A stretch of DNA of 54,718 bases from a virus (IMGVR_UViG_3300042535_000010:1-54718); one strand, 5' to 3'; numbered from the stretch's first letter, positions 8,435 to 18,004 are shown. The notes: generated from the letters alone by a model not told the origin. Numbers and translations are program-made.

Positions 8435-9857
8435 GCCTCGACCTGACACAGCGTCAGTCCACTGCTTAGTATCCGGATCGGGCTCACCACTAGCCAGCCG
8501 TGGCCGTTGACCAGGTACGCGCGCGCGTCCTCGTGTGTGCCGCACGCAGCTAGGGCGTGCATGCGCGTCAGCGCGATGTAGACGAACGACATGGTAATAG
8601 CTCGGGATACATGAGAGTGAACGCGTCCTCGTCTGTGTGATCGAAGTAGGCCTCGATCTCGCCATCGGCCCAGGCGGCCCATAAGACACGACATGGTGGT
8701 AGGACATCAGCCCAGCTTCTCCAGCCATCGTAGGGTCGGCCACCGATGTTTTGCACGTACATCTCGAACGCTTCTTTTCCGGTCATGGTTTAGTCCTAAC
8801 ACGAGATTCGGGGGTGCAGCAAGGACACTCCCGCGTACATGCGACCAGAAGCCAGCCTAAGGGCAGGCCAAAGAGAGCCCACGCCTCTGGCGCGCCGAGT
8901 AGACAGCCCAAGAACGCGGCAGGGCAGGCGAGCAGACACAAGAGCCCGATCAGGCCCATGCGCCCGTTTGACAAGTATCCGACAAGTAGGCAAACGCCTG
9001 CCATTATCATGGTGTCGCCTCGTGCAGTGCCTTGAGGTATCGCTGCACTAGCGCGTCGAATACCTCATCCGAGATCTCGCGCAGACCCGCGCGGTACGCG
9101 GCCTCGTGATACTGAATCAGTTCGCGCATTGCCTCTAAGGATTCCGCAGGCTTACGCCGTGGTTGTTTCATGGCTTGAGCCTCCATCGGGTCTTGACCCA
9201 GGGCCCAGGATGATCCTTCTCCCAGCCCGGGAATGGGGTGGTCCATCGTTCGTAGAGCGTGCTCCAGAACTGGACCGCGATCCCCTGCGCGACCAGGCTC
9301 CGGGCCTGGGTCACGCTGAAGCCGATCGCCATCGTCGGGATCGTGTCCCGGACGTAGTTCTTGCAGTCACGCGCGCCTCGGCAGGCAAAGCCCGTGAACA
9401 AGGGCTCGCCCTCGCCGCCGCAGAGTGGACACTTCATACGGCCCCGCACATTCTGGCCAGCGCCAAGACAAGGAGCACGAACACCAGCGCGCCGAGCGTG
9501 AAGTCAAACGAGGTCATACTGCCCCCTGCAGAGTCTCGACCATGGCCTTGAGCTCGGCCTCGGCGGCGCGCTTGGCAGCCGCCGCAGTCGTGTAGCCCAT
9601 CGAGAGCCAGACCGTGGTACCGCGCACCTGCGCGTACGCGACCCAGAGCGTGCTCGACCCCTGCGGGTGCACACGGGCTGCATCCCCTAGCAGCCACCAC
9701 TGTCCGGCTCGTTTCCATTTCTTGCTTAGCATCTCGACACCGCCTGCTTGTGGTTCTCGGCCAGCTCGCGCCGCCATCCCGCGCCGTGGCGGCGGATCAC
9801 GATCTCTCGCCACGCGGCGAGCGCGGCGACCAGGAGACAGGTCTCAGAATAGGTCAT
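8431..9857 (-). other. Minus-strand chain of small overlapping accessory ORFs (incl. 8568-8786, membrane ORF 8783-9010, ligase-N-like ORF ending 9007, CxxC ORF ending 9168)
   Basis: Successive stop/start overlaps downstream of the pentapeptide gene; starts uncertain. Confidence 0.6.
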
Positions 9858-10537
9858 CGGTATTCCTCCGCCTCGACGCGGGTCATAAAGAAATGTATGC
9901 CATGCGTACACTCGACCCTGATGTCGTCGTCGAACTTGTCCGCGGTCACCACAGATCCCACCGCACTATAGTCCAGTTCACCCTTCGTAGGTGACTTACC
10001 ACCCGCATCCATCACAATCACGTGGCTCGCGCGGCACTTACGCCCGACAAGCGAGCTTGTGCGGACTGCGTCTGCGGGGACCTGCACCCGGATAACACCT
10101 GTCGTGGTTTTCTTCCACGCCACGAACTCGCCCTCGCTCGGCACGATCTGAAAGTGCGGCAACTTCGCTCCAGTGAGGTTCGCGCCGCTGAGGTTCGCGC
10201 CGCTGGGGTTCGCGCCGCTGAGGTTCGCGCCGCTGAGGTTCGCGCCGCTGAGGTCCGCGCTGCGGAGGTTCGCGCTGCGGAGGTTCGCGCTGCGGAGGTC
10301 CGCGCCGCTGAGGCTCGCGCCGCTGAGGCTCGCGCCGCTGAGGCTCGCGCTGCGGAGGTCCGCGCTGCGGAGGTCCGCGCTGCGGAGGTCCGCGCTGCGG
10401 AGGTCCGCGCCGCTGAGGTCCGCGCTGCGGAGGGCCGCGCCGCTGAGGGCCGCGCCGATGAGGGCCGCGCCGCGGAGGTTTTCGGTCGGGATCGTGAGAA
10501 GTACAACACCCTGGTGATTTCTGATTTCGACAGGCAT
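9854..10537 (-). CDS. Pentapeptide repeat protein with DUF5758-like C-terminal domain
   Basis: About 20 A(D/N/S/A)L(S/R)(G/S) repeats, then GEFVAWKK...GRKCRAS...[18 protein letters not shown]. Confidence 0.9.
   Translation of the reverse strand: MPVEIRNHQGVVLLTIPTENLRGAALIGAALSGAALRSADLSGADLRSADLRSADLRSADLRSASLSGASLSGASLSGADLRSANLRSANLRSADLSGANLSGANLSGANPSGANLSGANLTGAKLPHFQIVPSEGEFVAWKKTTTGVIRVQVPADAVRTSSLVGRKCRASHVIVMDAGGKSPTKGELDYSAVGSVVTADKFDDDIRVECTHGIHFFMTRVEAEEYR
10174..10478. repeat. 15-bp tandem repeats encoding pentapeptides
   Basis: GAGGTTCGCGCCGCT / GAGGTCCGCGCTGCG units. Confidence 0.95.
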
Positions 10538-10590
10538 GCCCTAGTTCTGCCGCACGGCCTGGTCCCAGTCAACGTGCTATACTCCGATTC

Positions 10591-10905
10591 ATGCTCGTGA
10601 TCCCCACACCGGAGCTGACCGACTACCAGGACCTGTACGAGGTCGAGGCCAGGCTCGGGAGCAATGACTACCTCCTGCGCCTGGCCTGGGACGGCTCTCG
10701 CTGGTTCATTGACGTGCTCCTTAGCGACACGCTGGAGCCCCTGACCGAGGGCGCGCCCCTGACCCTGTGGCGTCCCGTGCTGGTCTACTGCACGCACGCC
10801 AGCCGCCCTGCGGGCGAGATCATGCTCATCTCCTCGACCGAGGACACGACCGAGGCTCAGCGCGCCGACCTAGGCGCACGCTGTGTGCTGGTGTATGTTG
10901 CCTGA
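10591..10905 (+). CDS. Baseplate plug-type small protein
   Basis: YEVEARLG..DYLLRLAW...WFIDV...DLG..CVLVYV; precedes hub; TGC-TATACT-N7-ATG. Confidence 0.7.
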   Translation: MLVIPTPELTDYQDLYEVEARLGSNDYLLRLAWDGSRWFIDVLLSDTLEPLTEGAPLTLWRPVLVYCTHASRPAGEIMLISSTEDTTEAQRADLGARCVLVYVA

Positions 10906-11707
10906 GCGCTCTATCTCACTCCACATCGGGGGCCTGATCGCGAACGAGCTCGACTGCACGTTCTCGGTCCAGGCCGACCTGTCGGATAAGCCCAACGTCG
11001 CGAGCATCCAGGTGTTTGGCGCGAGCGAGGCCACGCGCGCGGCATGGAGCGCGAGCGCGGCCGGGGTCGAGGTCCGGCTGCAGGCCGGGTACCGGGGCCA
11101 GAAGCTGGCCGATATCTTTCGCGGAAAGCTGCGTGATATCAATCACAAGCACGAGCACGCGGAGTGGGTCACGACCATCAGCTCTGGTGATGGCGACGAG
11201 GCGAGCGCCACGGTGGCCTTCAATCTGAGCCAGGGGTCGAGCATCCAGGCCGCAGTCGCGCGCGTCGCGCGAGACCTGAACCTGGCCACCAAGGACAACA
11301 AGACCCTGGCCGGGATCACGCTCGCGAATGGGGCCGCGCTGTTCGGTAAGTCCATGTCCGAGCTCGGGCGCATCACCGCTCAGTACGGCATGCGCCCGAC
11401 CATCCAGAGCGGCGAGCTGGTGGTCGTGCAGGACGGCAAGGCGCTGCCGGGTCGCTTCGTGGACGTCACGACCGGGCTCGTGGGCGCGCCCGAGGTCACG
11501 ACCACGGCTGTGAGCGTGAAGGGCCAGCCCCAGAAAAAGAAGCAGCGCCAGCTCAAGATCACGCACCTCATGACCGCCGACATCCGGCCAGGTTACCTGC
11601 TTGAGGTCGGGACCGAAGGCAGGTGGCTCGTCAAGCAGGTGACCTGGAGCGGGAGCACGTTCGGGAATGACTGGTATGTCACGGCCCTCTGCGTGCCCCC
11701 GGTCTAG
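10895..11707 (+). CDS. Baseplate hub protein
   Basis: PNVASIQVF...LQAGY...IFRG...SGDG; TGLVGAP; GSTFGNDWY. Confidence 0.85.
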   Translation: MLPERSISLHIGGLIANELDCTFSVQADLSDKPNVASIQVFGASEATRAAWSASAAGVEVRLQAGYRGQKLADIFRGKLRDINHKHEHAEWVTTISSGDGDEASATVAFNLSQGSSIQAAVARVARDLNLATKDNKTLAGITLANGAALFGKSMSELGRITAQYGMRPTIQSGELVVVQDGKALPGRFVDVTTGLVGAPEVTTTAVSVKGQPQKKKQRQLKITHLMTADIRPGYLLEVGTEGRWLVKQVTWSGSTFGNDWYVTALCVPPV

Positions 11708-11985
11708 AGCGAGGTCAGGTGAGCCAGCTCAGCCTTGCGTATGGCGTGCGCCTCTGGGCGAGCATACCAGCGAGCGCGTTCTGCGATCAGGTGACCATGG
11801 TGGAAAGCATCTACACAACCCTCTGTCGTGTGTCCGCGCTTGTCGACGCGCGCGTAAGGGTCACACGCGCGGCGTGCGCACGTGGGGCAGTGCGTGCCCG
11901 GATTCCCCGCTGCGGCGCGGATTGCGTTGATCTTGGCCGAAACCGAGGCTTGTTGCGTCGCCGGAACTTTGCGTGCGTTGCTCAT
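11704..11985 (-). CDS. Hypothetical zinc-binding protein
   Basis: CPTC...GCVDAFH; TTGCGC-N17-CATGAT-N6-ATG promoter. Confidence 0.65.
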   Translation of the reverse strand: MSNARKVPATQQASVSAKINAIRAAAGNPGTHCPTCARRACDPYARVDKRGHTTEGCVDAFHHGHLIAERARWYARPEAHAIRKAELAHLTSL

Positions 11986-11996
11986 ACCCAGATCAT

Positions 11997-12033
11997 GAAC
12001 GCGGCCGGTCGATCGCGCAAACCGGCCGCGTTC
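11997..12033. terminator. 13-bp perfect inverted repeat (terminator or operator hairpin)
   Basis: GAACGCGGCCGGT-N11-ACCGGCCGCGTTC followed by GTTTT on + strand. Confidence 0.6.
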
Positions 12034-12039
12034 GTTTTG

Positions 12040-12510
12040 TCAGTACAGGTCGGTCTCTGCGTACCAGATCCAAGAGTGCTTGACCCAGCACCGTTTCCCG
12101 CCGTCGTAGCTGAACGTGCGCAGGTCACCCGCAAGCAGCGGACCCAGCGCGACGTTCGAGACGATGGTCTTGTTCTCGACCCAGATCACACCGCGGCCTG
12201 TGTAGGGGTCCACCCGTGACGTGTATGTGAACCAGCCCGGGACCCTGCAGCGGGCGCACGCCCAGCCGCCCGTGCACTGGCGCCCGTAGTAGTCGATCCC
12301 GTAGGTGCAGTCAGAGGTCTCGCCTACGAAGCACTTGAGTGCGTTCAGCGTGTCGTAGCCACGAGTCTTCAGCGTGGGCCAGGTCATGGCTCCAGAGAGC
12401 GCCTCTACGCGCGCTGTCACGCCCCCGTCCTCATCCCCCGTATCAGGCGCGCGCGGCTCGGTGTCCAGTGAGCACGCGGTCAGTAGCACACACAAAAATA
12501 GATGTCGCAT
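12040..12510 (-). CDS. Cys-rich lipoprotein
   Basis: Signal peptide with lipobox LTAC; GGAGG upstream; acidic linker. Confidence 0.75.
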   Translation of the reverse strand: MRHLFLCVLLTACSLDTEPRAPDTGDEDGGVTARVEALSGAMTWPTLKTRGYDTLNALKCFVGETSDCTYGIDYYGRQCTGGWACARCRVPGWFTYTSRVDPYTGRGVIWVENKTIVSNVALGPLLAGDLRTFSYDGGKRCWVKHSWIWYAETDLY

Positions 12511-13237
12511 GTCAGCCTCCGTTGTGAATAAAGATGCGATCTTAGACCGGGCCGAGGTACGCCAGGTGTCGCTAGTATCAGGTTAGATGCACATGTGTGC
12601 GAAGCGCTTGCGCATGTTGCCTCCAGCGTGTGTAGGTTGCCGTCCGAGGTCTCTACTATGAGCTGAGACCCCTGCACGTCCAGGACCAGGACCCAGCCAT
12701 TGACCGCGCCCTGGACCTTGATGATGTCGCCTACCTCGGGCATCGGAGCCGGATCACTTCGCCGATGCTGAGGAAACCGGCGCGGCTGCGGAACATGTCG
12801 GCAGCGACGTCGTATCGGACGCGACAGACGAGCACGCGGACGCGACGCCGCTGCTTGTTCCAGCGCTTACGGTCGCGGCGCAGGCGGCGCGCGGTAGTAG
12901 TCGTTTCCATATTTTACCTCCGTGTAGCTCCAGCTCAACCGAGATCATACCCGCAACCCAGGCCCGGGTCACAACCTCGTAATCCTTGCAGCCCAGCGCG
13001 CGCAGCGCGGGGCCTGCGTACGTGCCCGGATGTTCTGACACGTACGCAGCTAACGCATGCATCTGATGTCCGCGTCTCATAGGCTCACCGCAACCGAGAG
13101 CACACCCTCGGGAATGATGTAGGACCTGAACCAACCGCGCTCGCGGGCGCCACGGAAGCGCGTGCACCGGAACAGGCGCAGCGCTTCCTCACGCTCAATC
13201 GAGACCCAGCCGCAGCGGTCAGTATAGAGTTGGTACT

Positions 13238-13815
13238 TCATGATCCAATCCTACGATAGTGCTGCTGCCAGTCAAGCAGACAGTGAGCATCTTCCGCCTG
13301 ATCCCAGCTCCAGAGCCACTGCACCTCATGCACCCCAGACGCGAGCCCGGCCTGAGCAATCCGCGTCCAGTACGCCAGCTCTAGGATTTGCTCTGGGACT
13401 TCTGCGCCGCCGTTGCCGCTGCCTTGGCTGCGCGCAGGGCCGCGGCGCGGGCGAAAAAACCCTGGAAGTTCCAGGCAATGTGCGCTTCCATGATCTCGAA
13501 CAGGTCGCCTACGTCTGGGCCCACGAACGGGCCCCCGACGCCGGCCGCTGTGGTGACGGGTGCGAAGTGGCCTTCAGGACCGCGCACCTCGGTCTGGGGC
13601 TCGAACGCGCTATAAAACTGCTCGAACAGCTCCGGTGTGAGCGAGGCGCCTACAGCCAGCTCTTGGTTTCCGCCGCCGCCGATGAGCGCGGCGCGGGAGA
13701 TCGTGGCCGTCAGCGTGACGAGCAGCGGGCGCGCGAGCACGGCCGGCAGCGCGGTGATGCGGTAGGTCTTACCGCCTAGGGTCGTGAGAGTCTTCTGGGG
13801 CAGGGTGTTTGCCAT
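13238..13815 (-). CDS. Tail assembly chaperone, -1 frameshifted long form (gpGT-like)
   Basis: Slippery G-GGT-TTT-TTC at 13462-13453; -1 frame open to TGA at 13240-13238 (..ELAYWTRIAQAGLASGVHEVQWLWSWDQAEDAHCLLDWQQ..). Confidence 0.7.
13381..13815 (-). CDS. Tail assembly chaperone (gpG-like)
   Basis: LGGKTYRITALPA...LFEIMEAHIAWNFQGFF resembles chaperones of DUF3383/DUF3277 myoviruses. Confidence 0.75.
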   Translation of the reverse strand: MANTLPQKTLTTLGGKTYRITALPAVLARPLLVTLTATISRAALIGGGGNQELAVGASLTPELFEQFYSAFEPQTEVRGPEGHFAPVTTAAGVGGPFVGPDVGDLFEIMEAHIAWNFQGFFARAAALRAAKAAATAAQKSQSKS

Positions 13816-13818
13816 GGT

Positions 13819-14511
13819 CTATACCTTACACACCTGGTAGAGGGTGTCAACTTTCGTGACCTCGGACGTGCCCGAGACCGCGATCCTGCGCGGTATCTCT
13901 AGCACGACCCTGTGTGGTGTAGGGCACGAGAACTCGGAGACATACACGGCGGTGTACTGCGCCCACTCCTGGCAGCGAGCCCAGAAAGACGCATGGTCGA
14001 AGTCTCCGGTGCTGTAGCCTGTGGTCCCCGCGTACGGAGGATCGCAGTAGATGATCCCGTTTATCGGTCCGGGTGTGACATCGAAGAACGAGAGCCTCAC
14101 GATAGGCCAGGAGGCGAGGGCGGCGAGTTGTCGTTGTAGCGCGCGCTTGGTGTATATGTGCTCTAGCTTGCCGGGGTTGTGCTTTGCGTACCCCCCGAAG
14201 TACATACCCCCGAACGAGCACCCGAACCCGGCAAAGCCCTTCATCGGATCCGAGTCCGGCAGCATTTTTGCCTCTCGCCACATGGCCTCGGTCACGTGCT
14301 CTGGCGGGGTCCAGCCTGCCCGAACGGCCTGGTAGAGGGCGATCAAGGCCGGGTGTACGTCGCTGGCGACACCAGGACCGGTCTTGGAAAACTCAGTTGC
14401 CATCGAGAGGCCGCCGCAAAACGCGTCCCAGACCGGGACGTTGCCGACATCGGCTCGAATCGCCTTGACCAGATGTTTCGCCAGCCTGTGTTTCCCGCCC
14501 AGATACTGCAT
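13819..14511 (-). CDS. D12-class N6-adenine DNA methyltransferase, copy 1
   Basis: MQYLGGK, DAFCGG, IYCDPPY, VYVSE motifs. Confidence 0.9.
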   Translation of the reverse strand: MQYLGGKHRLAKHLVKAIRADVGNVPVWDAFCGGLSMATEFSKTGPGVASDVHPALIALYQAVRAGWTPPEHVTEAMWREAKMLPDSDPMKGFAGFGCSFGGMYFGGYAKHNPGKLEHIYTKRALQRQLAALASWPIVRLSFFDVTPGPINGIIYCDPPYAGTTGYSTGDFDHASFWARCQEWAQYTAVYVSEFSCPTPHRVVLEIPRRIAVSGTSEVTKVDTLYQVCKV

Positions 14512-14530
14512 GTGCTAGGCTTAGCACATG
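14509..14530. promoter_or_regulatory. Palindromic bidirectional leaderless promoter
   Basis: CATGTGCTA-GGCT-TAGCACATG spans both divergent start codons (14511 minus, 14528 plus). Confidence 0.7.
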
Positions 14531-15208
14531 AACGAGACCTCGCACGTGGATGTTTTCCAGGCCGTGATCACGGACGCGCTCATCGACGTCCACACCGCGC
14601 TGCCGGGGACCGTGACCAGCTACGCGACCCAGACCCAGCGCGCGACCGTGAGCCTGGACATTCCGGTGTACCAGGATTACGCAATGCCGGACCTGCGCGA
14701 CGTCCCGGTCCTGTGGCCGGCCTGCGCGGCTGGGATCCTGCACCTGCCCTTAGCCGCAGGCGACAAGGTCCTGGTTCTGTTCTCGGAGGAGAGCATCGCG
14801 CGCTGGAAGGCGAGCGGAGCCCCAGGACCGAGCGCGGACCCCCGTCGGCACGGGCCGGACGGCGCTGTCGCGCTCCCGATCCGGGTCCAGGCCTCGGCCG
14901 TGCCCGCGAGCGCGGCCGGGCTGATGGCCGCCGAGGTGTGTCTAGCTGATCCGAACCCGAGCTACCACGCGGCCAGGGGAGAGACCGTGGACCAGCAGCT
15001 CGCCAAGGTGACGGCAGACCTGCTCGCGCTCAAGACGGCGCTGATCACATTCATGCAGACGATCGCGCCTCCCGGCCCTCCTGCTCCGGCGCCGGCGCCG
15101 GTTATGAATACCCTGGTAGTCACGGCAACCAGCACATTCCTTTCCACTACAGGGGCGCTCCCGCAGGTGCTACTTCCGGTCTCTGCCACGAAGGTGCGCC
15201 TTACGTAA
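14528..15208 (+). CDS. Baseplate central spike (Gp138-like)
   Basis: VHTALPGTVTSY...DVPVLWP...LHLPLAAGDKVLVLFSE...RRH..DGAVA. Confidence 0.88.
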   Translation: MNETSHVDVFQAVITDALIDVHTALPGTVTSYATQTQRATVSLDIPVYQDYAMPDLRDVPVLWPACAAGILHLPLAAGDKVLVLFSEESIARWKASGAPGPSADPRRHGPDGAVALPIRVQASAVPASAAGLMAAEVCLADPNPSYHAARGETVDQQLAKVTADLLALKTALITFMQTIAPPGPPAPAPAPVMNTLVVTATSTFLSTTGALPQVLLPVSATKVRLT

Positions 15209-15228
15209 CGACGTGGTATACTTGACGC

Positions 15229-15450
15229 ATGCTTGCTCAACTCCCGAAGCTGCCCCCGTGGGCGCACATGCTCCTGCTCGCAGTCTCGGGCGCGCTGAGC
15301 GCCGTGGCTGTGTCTCTGCCCGATCCCTGGAAGGGGATTGTGGGCGGTCTCGGCACCACGGGCTTGACCGTGGCCGGACTGCTGAACCGTAAGGAGGGAG
15401 CGCCTAATGCCGACGCTAACGGACCTGGCCCTACCTCTGCAGGTCAGTAA
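15229..15450 (+). CDS. Small two-TM protein, possible holin
   Basis: Two hydrophobic segments and polar tail; TGG-TATACT-N6-ATG. Confidence 0.5.
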   Translation: MLAQLPKLPPWAHMLLLAVSGALSAVAVSLPDPWKGIVGGLGTTGLTVAGLLNRKEGAPNADANGPGPTSAGQ

Positions 15451-15856
15451 CGGCCAGCTCGTGTTCCGGGTCGACGGCAACGCCGTAGCCCAGCGCATAG
15501 CCAACCGCGTGCTGACGTTCCGGAACGAGTGGTTTCTAGACGCGAACACAGGTACGCCATACTACGAGCAGATCCTAGGCGCGGTCCCGGACGAGCAAGC
15601 GGCTGCGTCCGTGTTCCGCGCTGTGGTCCAGGCAGACCCCGCGGTGTTGGCGGTGCCTGTCTGCGTCGTGACCTACTCGCTCGCGACCCGCCTGTTCTCG
15701 GTCAGGATCGAGGCCACGATCTCGCTCCCGGGAGACGGCACGGCCGGGGATACCGGCTCGGTCTTGATCACGGTCGGCGGCCTACCTGACGGCGCGATCG
15801 TGATCGATGGTCTGGCGCTGGTCGTGGGTGGGGTCCCGGTCGTGGTGTCACTCTGA
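15407..15856 (+). CDS. Baseplate wedge / sheath initiator (gp25-like)
   Basis: AVAQRIANRVLTFRNEWFLDANTGTPYYEQILG; AAGGAGG upstream. Confidence 0.85.
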   Translation: MPTLTDLALPLQVSNGQLVFRVDGNAVAQRIANRVLTFRNEWFLDANTGTPYYEQILGAVPDEQAAASVFRAVVQADPAVLAVPVCVVTYSLATRLFSVRIEATISLPGDGTAGDTGSVLITVGGLPDGAIVIDGLALVVGGVPVVVSL

Positions 15857-16171
15857 GTCACACGTCTGGCTTGGGCACACGTACCAGGTGCTGAACTGAG
15901 GCGAGCACTTGCTGGGCACCATCTCGTGCCCACAATCGGGGCAGGGATGAGACTCCGGCATGGGGTATAGCCGAACCCCTCGGCTGTCGCGCTCACAGCG
16001 CACTAGCCCGGCGTCAATCGCCCGGTGTACGGTGTTGTAGCCATAGCTCTCGGCCTTCTCGGGCACGGGGCAGGGGTTCACATGGTGCGCAGCCGCGCAC
16101 ATGTAGAGACCGGGGTTGCGCTCGACGAACGACACGACCTGAGACATACGGGGACCGATTCGCTTAGCCAT
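15848..16171 (-). CDS. Hypothetical HTH + zinc-ribbon protein (MAKRIGPRM...)
   Basis: AAGGAG SD; TTGCGA-N17-CAGACT upstream; CPDC...CPSQTC. Confidence 0.6.
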   Translation of the reverse strand: MAKRIGPRMSQVVSFVERNPGLYMCAAAHHVNPCPVPEKAESYGYNTVHRAIDAGLVRCERDSRGVRLYPMPESHPCPDCGHEMVPSKCSPQFSTWYVCPSQTCDSE

Positions 16172-16265
16172 CTGAGTTACTCCTTGTTCGCTGACAAAGA
16201 ACAGTCTGGCGTTGAAGGGTCCGGCTCGCAAGCCGGCTGCGTCGATTCATGCTATCCTACCCGAC

Positions 16266-17444
16266 ATGGGTCTATCACCTACCGGCTTCAGCGTCCGCAC
16301 CCTACAGGAGATCCGAGACAGCCTGGCCGCGGATGCCCGCGCGCGCATTGACCCGACCCTGGACGTGAGCGACAACGCGGCATTCGGCAGGCTGCTTGGG
16401 ATCTGGTCGGAGCGTATCCTGGCGCTGGAGCAGAGCTTGCGCGACGTGTGGCAGAGCTACCGGGTCGAAGGTGCGACCGGGGTGAGCCTCCGCTCGCTCG
16501 GCGCGCTGACCGGCACCCTGCCCGAGGCCGCGAGCTACAGCTCGGTCACCCTTTCATTCACGCTGCAGGCTGGAGTCACGGTCGCGGCTTTGAGCGAGTT
16601 CCGCGTGCCGGGCGACACGGTCACGGTATGGGCGACGCAAGCGACCGTAACCAATAGCGGGGGCTCGCCCCTGGTCGTGACCGTGGCAGCGCTTGCGAAC
16701 GCGACCGGCCCGAAGGCGGCTGCAGCCGGGACCATCACGGAGTTCCTCAGCCCAGTCATTGGCGCTGTCGTGACCAATCCCGCGGATGCAGTGCTAGGCG
16801 CGAATGAAGAGACTGACGCTGAGTTCCGACTTCGCCGCGAGATCGAGCTCCGGGACCAGGGCTCGGCTGCGCTCGAGGCGATCATCTCGGCCGTGTCGAA
16901 GGTCACAGCTGTCGTGACAGTGTCTGGCCGCGAGAACGAGACCGACTCCACGGTGGACAGCTTGCCCGCGCACCATTTCGAGATCGTGATCTGGGACGGC
17001 GGAGGTAGCGCGGACGATGATGCTGTTGCTCAGGCGATCTGGGACAACAAAGCGGCCGGCGTCGGGAGCTACGGCAGCGCGAGTGGTACGGCCGTCAACA
17101 CGCTCGGTCAGGACAAGACCGTGTCGTTCACGCGCGCGAGCGCGCTGCTCGTTTACGCCGCGGTCCAGGTCTCGATCGACACCTCGACATGGACAGACTC
17201 GGGCGCAGCCATCACCGCGATCAAGCAGGCCCTGGTCGACTACGCGGACGGCACCTGGACCATTGGCGACGACATCGCGCGCGCCGCTCTCTACGCGCCG
17301 ATCTTCGCCCTGGGTGGAATCAAGAACGTGACCCAGCTCTCAATCGGCACGAGCGCGAGCCCTAGCGGCACGGCCGATCTCGCTGTCGCGATCACGCAGT
17401 ATCCCCAGCTCGCGACTGCGCGCATCGGAGTGACGATCGTATGA
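16266..17444 (+). CDS. Baseplate J-like protein
   Basis: MGLSPTGF; ATGVSLRSLG; GANEETDAEFRLRR; KAAGV; TGC-TATCCT-N7-ATG. Confidence 0.92.
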   Translation: MGLSPTGFSVRTLQEIRDSLAADARARIDPTLDVSDNAAFGRLLGIWSERILALEQSLRDVWQSYRVEGATGVSLRSLGALTGTLPEAASYSSVTLSFTLQAGVTVAALSEFRVPGDTVTVWATQATVTNSGGSPLVVTVAALANATGPKAAAAGTITEFLSPVIGAVVTNPADAVLGANEETDAEFRLRREIELRDQGSAALEAIISAVSKVTAVVTVSGRENETDSTVDSLPAHHFEIVIWDGGGSADDDAVAQAIWDNKAAGVGSYGSASGTAVNTLGQDKTVSFTRASALLVYAAVQVSIDTSTWTDSGAAITAIKQALVDYADGTWTIGDDIARAALYAPIFALGGIKNVTQLSIGTSASPSGTADLAVAITQYPQLATARIGVTIV

Positions 17445-18004
17445 GCACGCATGAGGACCTGGCCGTCGCTCGGCTGCCTGAGCATATGCGGGGCGACGAC
17501 AAGCTGGACGCGCTCGTGCGCGTGCTCGCCGCGCCGATGGATGGACTCCAGGCTGAGTGCACGCTCGTGTCCGAGGCGTACCGGATCGAGACCGCGCTCG
17601 GGGCCCAGCTCGACGCGATCGGCGAATGGGTCGGGCTCACGCGCGAGGGTCGGCCGGACGAGGACTATCGCCTGTGGCTGCAGGCTCAGCTACTAGTGCT
17701 GCGCACGGCAGGCCGGGCACAAGACCTGGAGACGATCCTGACCCTGGTCGCGGGCACGGCAGAGCTGGAGCTGCTCGACTTCGTGGGCTATGTCCAGTTC
17801 TCGGCCGCGCCGCTCCTGCGCGCCGAGCAGGTCTACGCGATCTTGCACCGGGCCAAGGCCGCAGGCGTGCGCATCGGCCTGGTCTACAGCGAGTACGAGG
17901 ACTTGATCTTGTTCGGAACCCCTGCCGAGTATGCATACGACGCCACTGTAGGTATCGGGGACACAGGCACGGTTGGCGGGCGCCTCGCCAGTGTGCTAGC
18001 GTGA
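17441..18004 (+). CDS. Baseplate wedge protein (DUF2612 / gpI-like)
   Basis: ALGAQLDAIGEWVGLTR..DEDYRLWL; AKAAGV; coupled to gpJ. Confidence 0.85.
   Translation: MSTHEDLAVARLPEHMRGDDKLDALVRVLAAPMDGLQAECTLVSEAYRIETALGAQLDAIGEWVGLTREGRPDEDYRLWLQAQLLVLRTAGRAQDLETILTLVAGTAELELLDFVGYVQFSAAPLLRAEQVYAILHRAKAAGVRIGLVYSEYEDLILFGTPAEYAYDATVGIGDTGTVGGRLASVLA

Noticed and set aside
10018-10797. Alternative-frame ORFs with AARTS / AAEVR / RFAPL repeats
   Set aside because: Shadows of the 15-bp pentapeptide repeat
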